A stretch of DNA of 64,000 bases from Candidatus Hydrothermarchaeales archaeon. Its GTDB lineage: Archaea > Hydrothermarchaeota > Hydrothermarchaeia > Hydrothermarchaeales > JAZGAD01. Position 1 is the stretch's first letter. Each line of letters begins with the position of its first letter. Both the position numbers and the translations under genes were made by a program. Below, piece by piece: positions 1 to 10,120 of this stretch. Location: assembly GCA_036444275.1 (NCBI GenBank), contig JAZGAD010000047.1:6125-70124 (forward strand). The letters are read 5' to 3'. The notes under the pieces are model-generated. The model worked only from the letters and a program-made list of their open reading frames with translations. It ran no database searches and had not been told where the DNA came from.

Positions 1-539
1 AGTCCCAGCTTCTCCTCGCTTTCACTCAGCAGCTCCCCCATCTCCTGATTTATGTCTATAATACGGTTCAATACTTTCCCCAAGCTAAGCAGCTCCTCCC
101 TGAAAACTACTACGAGATATCTCCCTTGATGGAGCTGGACCTTTTCAACGGCCTTTAGTGCTGCAAGAGTAGCTTTATAAAATTCCTTAAGCCCTTCGAA
201 TGACTCTTGCGGCAGCGACATACCTGAGATAGCCTCATGGACACCCCTGATGTAAGTGGGCCTGTGGGTAATGGCCGGCTTATACACCCTCTTCTTAACA
301 TCCTCAGGGAATTCATGCTCTCCCAGCTCATCCACACTGTCTACTACCCCCTTCTTCAGGTCCAAGATTTTCTCAGCCTTTTCCATCAGCAATTTACTGG
401 CCCGTTCCCGCTCAACAGCCATACTGCTCTTAAGCCGCTTCTCCAGACCTTTCAAATTCAATTTTTCCCCAGAGAGTTGCTTCCCTTTATCCTCTCTCTT
501 TTTCTTCATGCCAAATAATCTATCTAGGAATCCCACCAT
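1..539 (-). CDS. hypothetical charged/coiled-coil protein, N-terminal ~179 codons; the gene continues past the window start
   Basis: Manual reverse-complement translation from the ATG at 537-539 runs to position 1 with no stop (MVGFLDRLFGMKKKREDKGKQLSGEKL...). Composition is protein-like, unlike the low-complexity + strand ORFs 237..518 and 256..567. Confidence 0.45.
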   Translation of the reverse strand, partial: MVGFLDRLFGMKKKREDKGKQLSGEKLNLKGLEKRLKSSMAVERERASKLLMEKAEKILDLKKGVVDSVDELGEHEFPEDVKKRVYKPAITHRPTYIRGVHEAISGMSLPQESFEGLKEFYKATLAALKAVEKVQLHQGRYLVVVFREELLSLGKVLNRIIDINQEMGELLSESEEKLG

Positions 540-618
540 CCTCCATACATTATACCTTACCACATAAAAATTATTTCAATCCCCCCTCACCCCCACGACC
601 ACTAAAATCGAAAGACTG

Positions 619-2025
619 TCAGTTCATGGAGTATTCTACTATCCTGGCGAATGCCGTTCGGGTTATAAATACGCCAGCAGTAGCACCTATAATGGTTGTT
701 ACAGCAAAGCCCTCCAACATACCTAGTGCTATGATAAAGAGGGGCACCATGGCCGCGACTAAGGTGAAATACGTGCCCATGACAATGAAGAAAGCCTTCG
801 ATATCCTGGTCCTGACCCGCCCTGCCGTCTCCAACAGGATCTCATCGAGTATGACTATCTGGTCATCTACGCCTGTGCCAACTGCAGCTATTATCCCTGC
901 TATGGCAGGCATGTCTATATCCCATCTTATCAGGGAGGCTACCCCTAAGATTATTATCACCTCGCTTAGGCCTGTTACTAGTATCGGCAAGACCAAGACT
1001 GGCTTCCTATACCTGAGGAACACTACTGCAGCGACACCTAGGAAGGCCAAGAAGCCAGCGAGTAAAGCATTCCTTGCGAAGCCTGCGCCCAGAGTAGGGG
1101 ATATACCATAGGTCCCAACCACAGAGACCTTTATAGGCAGAGCCCCGGATCGGAGGATCGCTTCTATACGCTTTGCTTCCAGTCTTCCATCCTCACCGCT
1201 ACCTGTTTCGATGATCAAGCCCTTTACCACCTGCCCAGCTGCCAGCTCTGCCTGCAGGCCTGGGCTGATAGGGGCAGCATTGACCAAGCCGGTTCTAGCA
1301 TAGGTTATATTTCTTACATCTACACCTCGGTCTTCCAGCACCCCTTCTATTCTCTCTTTTCCACGCTCCCCTAACTCGTCTAGGGTCACATCAAGGGTTA
1401 TAGTAGCAGCAAAGCCCGTTAGGTTACTACTGGCAGTGACAATCTTTCCCTCGTATCCCAGATCCTTCAGTATGTCTTCTCCCACCTCTTGGTCACTCAA
1501 TATCCTTATCCCTGTTTCCTCGTCCATATACATGTAAACCCTATCGAAATCCGTAGCCACCGCAACATCCCTGAATTTCTCCGCCGCCTGGTCTGAGAGA
1601 GTAAAAGGCACCCCCCAGCCTCCAGAGCGGGTATTCTTCCCAAATGGGTCAACCCTCTTCAATTCATCACCCGTAAAGGCAATGAAGTCACCGACTCTGA
1701 CCACGAGCCTTCCGGGCTTACCTAGTAATTTCTCGGCGTCCTCTGGACTGACTCCAGCTATCTTTATGATTATGAATTCCTCGCCCCACGGTACGACGCT
1801 GACGTCCCTCACCCCTAAGCCGCCTCTCAGCCTCTGGTCCATTATCATCACTACTTGGTCCATTTCGCTGGCGCTCAGGGAGCGCTCAGTCTGAATCTGA
1901 ATAAGGCTTCCACCTTGTATATCCAAACCAGTGGATATACCTCTAGAGAATATGAGTAAAAGGGATATAACAACGGCAGCTACCATCAGGCGGACCCTGA
2001 AGTCTTCTGTTATCTTCTTGTTCAT
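619..2025 (-). CDS. secD: protein-export membrane protein SecD
   Basis: The 488-aa ORF has a large periplasmic domain plus a C-terminal 6-TM SecD/SecF core and lies directly downstream of secF. The likely start is MNKKITEDF at 2025; the ORF is open to 2085. Confidence 0.85.
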   Translation of the reverse strand: MNKKITEDFRVRLMVAAVVISLLLIFSRGISTGLDIQGGSLIQIQTERSLSASEMDQVVMIMDQRLRGGLGVRDVSVVPWGEEFIIIKIAGVSPEDAEKLLGKPGRLVVRVGDFIAFTGDELKRVDPFGKNTRSGGWGVPFTLSDQAAEKFRDVAVATDFDRVYMYMDEETGIRILSDQEVGEDILKDLGYEGKIVTASSNLTGFAATITLDVTLDELGERGKERIEGVLEDRGVDVRNITYARTGLVNAAPISPGLQAELAAGQVVKGLIIETGSGEDGRLEAKRIEAILRSGALPIKVSVVGTYGISPTLGAGFARNALLAGFLAFLGVAAVVFLRYRKPVLVLPILVTGLSEVIIILGVASLIRWDIDMPAIAGIIAAVGTGVDDQIVILDEILLETAGRVRTRISKAFFIVMGTYFTLVAAMVPLFIIALGMLEGFAVTTIIGATAGVFITRTAFARIVEYSMN

Positions 2026-2041
2026 TCCATAGTCACTCCCG

Positions 2042-2911
2042 TCATATTCCTTGTTTCTCAGCGTACCACTGGAGTATCCTCGCATTCTGGAGCCAGGTAT
2101 TCACTAGGTCTACTAAGAGCCCTATAAGCAGGACCACGGCTATCTCCCTCAATACCTCAGAAGTGGCTACCAAGAGGAGGATGACGACCGCAGAAAGCGT
2201 GGTGACTGTCATAGTTAGGCCAGTCTTCATTGCTTTTTCAAGTCTCTCTTCAAAACTTCCAATCTTTCTTACCAATATGCGGGTTGCTAACACGATGTCT
2301 GTATCCACAGAATAACCTATGAGTAAGAGGAGCGCCACAAATGAGCCTGGTGACAGTTGAATCCCTAAGAGAATCATCACTGCGATAGTGGTAACGATAT
2401 CAGAGAATGCAGAGAGTACCACTGCTAGGGATGGAGCAAGGGCTTTAAACCTTATGAAGACTACTGCTGCCATGAATAGGAAGGCAAAAAGCACCGCTTT
2501 TACAGCTTCCCTTAGAAACCTTGCAGAGAGGCTGGGGCCAACGCTCTTGATGGCTATCTCCTCTTCTGGCACGCCCCTGGAAACTAGGAAAGTCGTTATC
2601 TCATCCTTCACAGCGCCCTCCAGATAGACGTTGGTCTCAATAGTCCTGCCTACCTCGTTGCCTGAGAGATCATTTACTGTGCCGAATTTAAAATCAATTC
2701 CAAAGTTCTCTTCTAGTGCAGCCTCTAGTTCGCCACCGTTCGGCACATTATAGGCCGTGATCAGTGTTCCCCCTTTGAGTTCGATGCTCATTGGAATAGT
2801 GCCAGCTCTATAGTTAGACGCAAGGATGAAGCTGGCAATAAGGAGCATCCCAATAGGGACTAACACAAGTTTTTTTAAGTTCATCCTAGTTATAATAGCA
2901 AGCAATTCCAT
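2042..2911 (-). CDS. secF: protein-export membrane protein SecF
   Basis: The 289-aa product has an N-terminal TM, a periplasmic loop and a C-terminal multi-TM SecD/F-family core. It overlaps secD as in a typical secF-secD operon. Confidence 0.85.
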   Translation of the reverse strand: MELLAIITRMNLKKLVLVPIGMLLIASFILASNYRAGTIPMSIELKGGTLITAYNVPNGGELEAALEENFGIDFKFGTVNDLSGNEVGRTIETNVYLEGAVKDEITTFLVSRGVPEEEIAIKSVGPSLSARFLREAVKAVLFAFLFMAAVVFIRFKALAPSLAVVLSAFSDIVTTIAVMILLGIQLSPGSFVALLLLIGYSVDTDIVLATRILVRKIGSFEERLEKAMKTGLTMTVTTLSAVVILLLVATSEVLREIAVVLLIGLLVDLVNTWLQNARILQWYAEKQGI

Positions 2912-2978
2912 AAGACCTTGAAGAATCCGTTAGGATATAAAAATTTTGGGTAAAGAAAAAATTGGAGGACTAGTAAAA

Positions 2979-3221
2979 ATGAAGGGCTACGAGATCCTAT
3001 CCATTGGTTTTATCCTCATACTTCTAGGCTTCTCGCTAGTATTCATAGGTATTATAACCCACGCCACTAAGGATGCAGGTGAAATAAGGGGCGGAGGAGT
3101 GGTGATGATAGGGTCCATACCAATTGTTTTCGGAACAGACACCGAATCCGTTAAGATAGTAGTCGTCCTTGTGATAATCCTAATCCTAGTCGCCATGCTA
3201 GCCTTGAGGTGGTGGAGTTGA
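2979..3221 (+). CDS. small conserved archaeal two-TM membrane protein (DUF131-like)
   Basis: The ORF 2946..3221 has two hydrophobic helices and a GGGVVMIGSIPIVFGTD motif. The likely start is MKGYEIL at 2979. Confidence 0.5.
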   Translation: MKGYEILSIGFILILLGFSLVFIGIITHATKDAGEIRGGGVVMIGSIPIVFGTDTESVKIVVVLVIILILVAMLALRWWS

Positions 3222-3937
3222 AACTACTCATCGACTGCAAAGGGAGGAAGTACTTAGTCGAAGGAGAAGAAATGCACACCAATATGGGTATAGTGAAGTT
3301 CGCAGACACCAAGAATGGAAAAGTGAAGTCTCATTTAGGCCATGAGTTCTCGGTACTTGAGCCGAGAATAGTAGATCTATACGAGAAGATGCCCCGTGCT
3401 GGAAGCATAATCCTTAAGAAAGATCTAGGAGCCATACTCGCCTACACAGGACTGGGAACCGGCGACGTGGTAGTGGATGCTGGTGTTGGAACCGGTGCGA
3501 TAGCCATTTACCTTGCCAATATAGTGCGCCCCACTGGGAAGGTCTATACATACGAGATAAGGGAGAAGCACGCTGAGATAGCCAAGAAGAACATAGCGAG
3601 GGCCGACCTCGAGGAATTCGTTGAGGTAAAGCTCATGGATATTCGTGAAGGCATAGAAGAAAAGGAGGTGGATGTAGTCACACTAGACCTTCCAGAACCC
3701 TGGAGTGTAGCGGCCAGCGCTTATAGTGCACTGAAGCATGGTGGCTTTATTGCGGCCTATACTCCTTATGTGGAGCAGACCCGAAGGGCTACTGAATCCT
3801 TCAAGGATATCGGCTTCCGGGACTTGAAAGTCCTTGAACTTTTGGAGAGAGGTCTGGAGATCAAGGAAGTAGGATGCAGACCCAAAACGAGGATGCTCGG
3901 CCATACTGCCTACCTTACCTTTGCGAGAAAGAGGTAG
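3209..3937 (+). CDS. trmI: tRNA (adenine57/58-N1)-methyltransferase TrmI
   Basis: It carries the SAM-MTase motif VVDAGVGTGAIAIYLA and the TrmI/Gcd14-type N-terminal beta domain (LLIDCKGRKYLV). Confidence 0.8.
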   Translation: MVELKLLIDCKGRKYLVEGEEMHTNMGIVKFADTKNGKVKSHLGHEFSVLEPRIVDLYEKMPRAGSIILKKDLGAILAYTGLGTGDVVVDAGVGTGAIAIYLANIVRPTGKVYTYEIREKHAEIAKKNIARADLEEFVEVKLMDIREGIEEKEVDVVTLDLPEPWSVAASAYSALKHGGFIAAYTPYVEQTRRATESFKDIGFRDLKVLELLERGLEIKEVGCRPKTRMLGHTAYLTFARKR

Positions 3938-3971
3938 CTGTCTACTTCTCAACTAGCAGTCACTTCTAACT

Positions 3972-4442
3972 TCAAAATCTCAAGTCTGACAATACATCGG
4001 CCAAAAGCTTGTTATCCCAATCCAGGGGGTCTTCACCCAGTCTCTTGCCTAGGACATTGTTCAAGATGACGTATTCACCCTCATTGATATCTTTAAGCCA
4101 AGAATGTTCAACATGACTTGGCAAGACTACCTCACCCTTCAAAGATTTCCGATAGGCATCAGGCATATCCTTATCAAGGGGAACTAGATGGAACCATTTC
4201 TTATAGAACAGCGGCCGTGTCTCCCTAGATTCCAGCTTCTTTAAGGTAACCTTGTCCTCGAAGGGAACCAACTCAGTACTCTCCAAGTGCTCCCTATTGA
4301 GCCCCAACTGATGCTCCTTCAAATCCACTGACCAGCCGCCAAAAGGCGCCAAATACTGATCCCTTAGTATACGGATGGGAAACTTAAAACTACATTGGAA
4401 GCGTGACATCGGATTCTCTCTCCAGCATAACATTTGCGTCAA
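3972..4442 (-). CDS. hypothetical protein
   Basis: The 156-aa ORF has protein-like composition and no recognisable motif. Confidence 0.45.
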   Translation of the reverse strand: MTQMLCWRENPMSRFQCSFKFPIRILRDQYLAPFGGWSVDLKEHQLGLNREHLESTELVPFEDKVTLKKLESRETRPLFYKKWFHLVPLDKDMPDAYRKSLKGEVVLPSHVEHSWLKDINEGEYVILNNVLGKRLGEDPLDWDNKLLADVLSDLRF

Positions 4443-4506
4443 TTTCTATAATCACGTCATATATCGGAAACTATAAAAGCCAAGACGCTGAAGCATTTTT
4501 ATTTAG

Positions 4507-5429
<923 letters not shown>

Positions 5430-5430
<1 letters not shown>

Positions 5431-5891
5431 TGGTCAAGGACATAAGGGTCAGGAAGATAAAGAGTGGAACAGTAATAGACCACATCGCTCCTGGGCAGGC
5501 CATGAACGTCCTCAAGATCATCGGTATAACTGAGGAGTATCCCAAGACTACGTTAACTGTAGCCATGAACGTCCCATCTAGAAAGGCCGGCACAAAGGAT
5601 ATAGTAAAGGTGGAAGGCAGGGAGTTAAGGGCAGAGGAAGTGGACAAGATCTCCCTTATCGCCCCAAATGCAATAATAAACATAATCCGGGATTACGACG
5701 TTGTTGAAAAAAAAGAAGTAAGCATTCCAGATAGAGTAGAGGGCGTGCTGCGCTGCGCTAATCCCAACTGTATAACCAACTCTGAAGGGATAAAATCCAA
5801 ATTCATCGTAGAGCGAAAAGAACCCATAAAAATTCGCTGCACCTACTGTGAGCGCATTATGGAAGAAGAGGATCTCGTGAGGCAGTTCTGA
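5430..5891 (+). CDS. pyrI: aspartate carbamoyltransferase regulatory subunit
   Basis: The start is coupled to pyrB by an ATGGTCA overlap. The C-terminal zinc domain reads CANPNC...CTYC. Confidence 0.95.
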
Positions 5892-5926
5892 TCCACGGAT
5901 CAACCTTGGAGGTTAGAACGCTGCAG

Positions 5927-5940
5927 AAAAATCAATTTTT
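5927..5940. terminator. 14-nt palindromic A5/T5 motif AAAAATCAATTTTT between the convergent genes pyrI and the HEAT-repeat gene; putative bidirectional terminator
   Basis: An exact identical 14-mer recurs at 12535..12548, also in a convergent intergenic region. Oligo-T on both strands fits archaeal termination. Confidence 0.35.
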
Positions 5941-6052
5941 CATTCGTTTAAGTATATATTTGCTCTTCTTCTCAGCAACCATCTATTAGTTCCTATTGGT
6001 TGGCAATCATAGCCTTGATTACTAAGTTCGATTATTTCCTTTTCGGTTGAAA

Positions 6053-7174
6053 CTATCTTGCCTTTGTTTTTCTAACGTGGCATGCTGCTGCGAGCTCCAC
6101 GAATCCACCGCATCGTGGACATGTCATGACAGACGTTGCCGTATAAGTAAGGGAAGACGGTACGCCAGAACAGGCACCACACACCACGATATTGCACTTC
6201 GGACAATATCTAGCTGCCCTTCTTGCTATATCTGGAGTCCATATCGGGATTGTGTCAGAGCCTAGAGGCCTACCCAATGCCATACATGCCCTACCACACT
6301 TTTTGCATTCTACTGCAAAAGAACTATTGGTGTGTTCAGCATTCTCGAGCTTCTCAAACTTTTCTTTATGTTCCCTTTCGTATGCCTTTACAGCTTCTTT
6401 GGCTTTCTTGGTGCGAAATTTCCTTAGTGCTCTGAGAGCATCTTCAGGGTCCCACTTAGTCTTAAGAGCCTGAATAAGTGGTTCTACAGCTCGGCTGTCT
6501 CCTATCTCTCCAAGAGCCTCTGCGGCTTTACGTCGAACATCGCTATCTTTATGCTTCAAGGCTTTTATCAGCCCCTCAACGTCTTTCTTCTCCACTAACA
6601 TCTTAGCCCAAGATTCAGGGTCCTCTTCAAGCTTTTTGCGAGCAACATCTTCCTTTATCTTTTCAAGAGCCTCTAATGCCCTCAATCGAAGCTTTTCATC
6701 CTTAATATCATCGATGATAGGTTTTAATCCTATGAGAGCTTTTGCCGCTGCCTCCCGAGGTTTTTGTTTTTTATCCTTTAAAGCCTGAATGAGAGGCTCT
6801 ATCGCTCTGGCGTCTCCTATCCTTCCAAGAGCCTTCGCGGCTCTAACTCGAATATCCCACTCTGCACTCTTTAAAGCCTGAATGAGGGGCTCTATCGCCC
6901 TTTTATCTTTCATCTTTATCAGGGCTTCTATCGCAACTTTCCGAACACCCTTATATACGTACTTTAGGTCCTCATCCAATGCAACCTGAATGAGTGGTTC
7001 TACTGCCCTTGTATCACCTATACTGCCAAGAGCCTCTGCCGCTTTCTCACCCGTAATTCCATCTAGAACTTCTGAATAATTCTTATCCTTGAGAGCTTTT
7101 ATCAGCCCATCAACATCTTTCTTAGCTTTCATCTTTTCAACATTCGGCTTAAATAACGAATCAAATATTCCCAT
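6053..7174 (-). CDS. HEAT/PBS-lyase repeat protein with a Cys-rich C-terminal zinc-finger region
   Basis: It has about 8 repeats of [11 protein letters not shown] / AAxALGxIGD (HEAT-like). The C-terminus carries CKKCGRAC...[12 protein letters not shown]...CPRCGG. Confidence 0.75.
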   Translation of the reverse strand: MGIFDSLFKPNVEKMKAKKDVDGLIKALKDKNYSEVLDGITGEKAAEALGSIGDTRAVEPLIQVALDEDLKYVYKGVRKVAIEALIKMKDKRAIEPLIQALKSAEWDIRVRAAKALGRIGDARAIEPLIQALKDKKQKPREAAAKALIGLKPIIDDIKDEKLRLRALEALEKIKEDVARKKLEEDPESWAKMLVEKKDVEGLIKALKHKDSDVRRKAAEALGEIGDSRAVEPLIQALKTKWDPEDALRALRKFRTKKAKEAVKAYEREHKEKFEKLENAEHTNSSFAVECKKCGRACMALGRPLGSDTIPIWTPDIARRAARYCPKCNIVVCGACSGVPSSLTYTATSVMTCPRCGGFVELAAACHVRKTKAR

Positions 7175-7245
7175 TTTTTACCTCTAAAATTCTAATCTGC
7201 TTTTCCACGTATAAACATCATTTTGGATTTATAATTCCTATCACT

Positions 7246-8958
7246 TTATATTCTCCTTCGCCTCACAAAATATGCCACTGCTAGCAATCCAGCTAATGCC
7301 ACTGTAGCCAGTCCAACTACTGCGAGCACTGCTTCGAATCCAGGCTGTTCAAGATTCTCACGGGCTAGTTCCCTATTTTGCAACGCTATCTCATGTGTTG
7401 GATCTATCTCAAGTGCCTTATCGTATGCATCTATAGCCTCTGCGTATCTACCTAAACGAGCAAGAAGCAATCCCTTGTTGTGCCATGCATCCACATCTCT
7501 TGGATCTATCTCAAGCGCCTTATCATATGCATCTATAGCCTCTTCATACCTGCCTAATTCATCTAAAGCAAGTCCTTTGTTGAACCATGTCCCCTCATTT
7601 TGTGGGTCTAGCTCGATAGCTTTATTACAGGCTGTTATAGCTTCCTCATACCTGCCCAAATCAAGTAGAGCAGCTCCTTTGTTGTGCCATGCATCCACAT
7701 CTCTTGGATCTATCTCAAGCGCCTTGTCGAGTGCATTTATGGCCTCGTCGTACCTGCCTAACTCACCAAGAATCCGTCCTTTGTTGCTCCATGCTTCTTT
7801 TAGAGTGGAGTCTATCTCAAGCGCCTTATCATATGCCTCTATAGCCTCTTCATATCTATCCAAATGAAGAAGAGTAACTCCTTTACCATACCATGCTTCT
7901 TTTAGAGTGGAGTCTATCTCAAGCGCCTTATCATATGCCTCTATAGCCTCTGCGTATCTACCTAGACTAGCAAGGACAATCCCCTTGTTGTACAATGCTT
8001 TCGTGTCGTTTGGGTTGATCTCAATCGCCTCGTCGTATGCTTTTATAGCATTTGCAAGATCGGTATCATCCCACCACCTATCACTCTGATTTGAGTCTAT
8101 TGACACAGGATCTGACGGTACGCCACCTGGTTCCACGACAGAGGTCTGATACTGTTCTACTACCACGGTTTTTGTCTTAGCCAGGTCCGAGAGCTCAACT
8201 GCACCATCGAAAACAGTGACGATGGTGGTGCCGTCTTCAGCCACCTCTAAGGTGTATTCAGTTCCACGGCGTCCTGTAGTGGAAGTAGGCGTGTGAATCT
8301 CATGTTTATGTTTAACCCGAAATTTTTCTATTGTTCCTCTCCAGAATGTATGGACCTTGCCCCACCAGATTTTCAGCACGGACCCCGTCTCTTTAAGTTC
8401 CACAACTTCTATTTTGGTGTTTTCACCGACATTTACCCGCGTCTCATCACCAAATGACAGCTCCGCTCGCTGGTTCTTTCCTGTAACCGTAGTATCTCCT
8501 GTTTTTATTGTTTGTGTTCTGTAGCCAGGAGTCGTATGTTCCCTTGTTTCTGTTCTGTATACAGGCCTCTTAAAACATGTGTCTGACTTTTCTTTTCTGT
8601 AGACGGCCTTCTCAAAACACGTCTCTTTTGTTCTTCCTCCCCCTATCCGTGGAAAGGAAGAGCATATAGTTTCGTAATGGTCAATCACAAACTCAGTAAG
8701 GCACAAAGGTTCTTCGTAATGGTCAATCACAAGATAGGACAGAGTCATCGTTTTCCAGGTCCGCATCTCTATCGTCTCAGACCCCGACTCAGCACTCGCA
8801 GCTCCAACGAATACCGACACCAGCATTACGATTGCAAAAACACTCACAGCAGGTTTTCTTACCACACAATTTAGAGCTCTTAGGAATCCGGGCATGGTTC
8901 TCACATCTTTAAAGGCTATCCATGGGGATTCGTAACTACTTATCGGACACCGCCCCAC
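7246..8958 (-). CDS. secreted/membrane-anchored FecR-domain plus TPR-repeat protein
   Basis: N-terminal signal/TM, then a FecR-like beta domain (NVGENTKIEV...WGKVHTFWRG...TVFDGAVEL), then 7 TPR units (AIEAYDKALEIDP...) and a C-terminal TM helix. The likely start is MPGFLRAL, about 8895. Confidence 0.75.
   Translation of the reverse strand: MGRCPISSYESPWIAFKDVRTMPGFLRALNCVVRKPAVSVFAIVMLVSVFVGAASAESGSETIEMRTWKTMTLSYLVIDHYEEPLCLTEFVIDHYETICSSFPRIGGGRTKETCFEKAVYRKEKSDTCFKRPVYRTETREHTTPGYRTQTIKTGDTTVTGKNQRAELSFGDETRVNVGENTKIEVVELKETGSVLKIWWGKVHTFWRGTIEKFRVKHKHEIHTPTSTTGRRGTEYTLEVAEDGTTIVTVFDGAVELSDLAKTKTVVVEQYQTSVVEPGGVPSDPVSIDSNQSDRWWDDTDLANAIKAYDEAIEINPNDTKALYNKGIVLASLGRYAEAIEAYDKALEIDSTLKEAWYGKGVTLLHLDRYEEAIEAYDKALEIDSTLKEAWSNKGRILGELGRYDEAINALDKALEIDPRDVDAWHNKGAALLDLGRYEEAITACNKAIELDPQNEGTWFNKGLALDELGRYEEAIDAYDKALEIDPRDVDAWHNKGLLLARLGRYAEAIDAYDKALEIDPTHEIALQNRELARENLEQPGFEAVLAVVGLATVALAGLLAVAYFVRRRRI
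7400..8060. repeat. near-identical intragenic DNA repeats (TPR units) within the FecR-TPR gene
   Basis: Stretches of about 45-60 nt are identical or near-identical at 7478-7523 and 7682-7727, and at 7803-7852 and 7905-7954, at spacings that are multiples of 102 bp (one TPR). Confidence 0.7.
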
Positions 8959-8964
8959 AGGCCA

Positions 8965-9621
8965 CTATCTTTTAGTTTCTATTGCAACGCCACGGTAACA
9001 CCTGTCCTTTATCTCACGGTCAGTTATTTTTTCACAAATACTAGCGTCTTTAGCTTCTTCTGCAACGATGCTGTAACAGGTGTCCTTATTCTCACTGTCA
9101 GTTATTTTTTCACAAATACTAGCGTCTTTAGCTTCTGCTGCAACGCCAATGTAACACGAGTCCTTTATCTCACGGTCAGTTATTTTTTCACACAGACTAA
9201 CATCTTTAGTTTCTTCTGCAACTTCACCGTAACAGATGTCCTTAACGCCCTTATCAAAATTGCCAGTTATTTTTTCACAAAGACTAACATCTTTAGTTTC
9301 TGCTGCAACGCCAATGTAACAAAAACCCTTATCAAAATTGCCAGTTATTTTTTCACAAAGACTAACATCTTTAGTTTCTACTGCAACGTCACTGTAACAG
9401 ACGTCCTTATCAATACTGTCAGTTATTTTTTCACAATCACCAGCAGTTTTGGTTAGCACTTTTTCAGTGGGCAGAGCTTTCTCTTCCGATGGAGGGGTTG
9501 TTTCTCCTGGTAGCGTTCCTGCTCCTGTTTTTTCCCCAACACATCCTCCCACTACTAGAACTAAACCAATAAGTAAAACGATTGAAACCGTTAAACCAAA
9601 CTTCTTTTCCAACCGCCCCAT
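8965..9621 (-). CDS. putative secreted lipoprotein with six tandem 26-29 aa two-cysteine repeats
   Basis: Signal peptide with a lipobox-like LVVGGC, then 6x CEKITDxxxKDxCYxxVAxETKDxS units. Confidence 0.6.
   Translation of the reverse strand: MGRLEKKFGLTVSIVLLIGLVLVVGGCVGEKTGAGTLPGETTPPSEEKALPTEKVLTKTAGDCEKITDSIDKDVCYSDVAVETKDVSLCEKITGNFDKGFCYIGVAAETKDVSLCEKITGNFDKGVKDICYGEVAEETKDVSLCEKITDREIKDSCYIGVAAEAKDASICEKITDSENKDTCYSIVAEEAKDASICEKITDREIKDRCYRGVAIETKR
9021..9500. repeat. tandem 78/87-bp DNA repeats (6 copies) encoding the two-Cys repeat units
   Basis: Copies beginning cagttatttt occur at 9021, 9099, 9177, 9264, 9342 and 9420, with a period of 78 bp and one of 87 bp. Confidence 0.75.
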
Positions 9622-9748
9622 GTTGAATACCTCCGGTCTTATATCACAACCCCGAATATTTAAACTTTACTAAAACTTTACTACATACAAGTAGCCTTAG
9701 AAATATTCAACAACTTTAAATTTCTTTAAAAAATTTACTTCATGAGGT

Positions 9749-9765
9749 GTGCACTAATCGTGCAC
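9749..9765. promoter_or_regulatory. GTGCAC-N5-GTGCAC dyad immediately upstream of the wHTH regulator start (ATG 9767), with an AT-rich TATA-like element tttaaaaaa about 25 nt upstream
   Basis: Read directly: gtgcactaatcgtgcac. Candidate autoregulatory operator. Confidence 0.3.
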
Positions 9766-9766
9766 C

Positions 9767-10024
9767 ATGAACAAACTCATAGAGGTAGTTAGCCGTAAAG
9801 GTGCAGAAGAAATCTTACATTTGCTTGAGGATGAGGGGAAATACTACATGCAGATAGAAACGAATGTTGGTCTAAACTCAAGAACTTTGGTGACAAGATT
9901 ACGGGAGCTATCAAAAATCGGATTAATTGAAAGAAAAGTCAGAGACAATAGGAGGGTTCTGTACAGCATTACAGAAAGAGGAAGAAGAGCCGTTGAAAAA
10001 CTGCGTGAATTTCAAAAAATATGA
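9767..10024 (+). CDS. small winged-helix transcriptional regulator
   Basis: The 85-aa wHTH-like pattern reads YYMQIETNVGLNSRTLVTRLRELSKIGLIERK...RVLYSITERG. Confidence 0.6.
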   Translation: MNKLIEVVSRKGAEEILHLLEDEGKYYMQIETNVGLNSRTLVTRLRELSKIGLIERKVRDNRRVLYSITERGRRAVEKLREFQKI

Positions 10025-10120
10025 GAATTTTTTGCTCTCATTTTATAAACCCCCAATCCTTTGCCTCATCGAAAACAGCGTACATTTTTGCCTCCTATCT
10101 CCAATTCATATCGCCACCCA

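Noticed and set aside
237-567. + strand ORFs 237..518 and 256..567 at the window start
   Set aside because: Low-complexity L/S/F/P-rich translations. The opposite strand carries a clean, charged, stop-free reading frame from 539 to the window edge, which is the more plausible gene.
626-1111. 161-aa + strand ORF inside secD
   Set aside because: Antisense to a confidently identified SecD, with an A/T/P/S-rich shadow-ORF composition.
7475-8089. + strand ORFs 7475..7867 and 7907..8089 with internally repetitive translation
   Set aside because: Antisense to the TPR repeats of the FecR-TPR gene. The repetitiveness is inherited from the sense-strand TPR units.
9021-9500. Possible CRISPR array suggested by regular 78-bp tandem repeats
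   Set aside because: The repeats are 78-87 bp with no unique spacers. They lie in-frame inside a protein-coding gene, where they encode the two-Cys units, and there are no cas genes nearby. This is not CRISPR.
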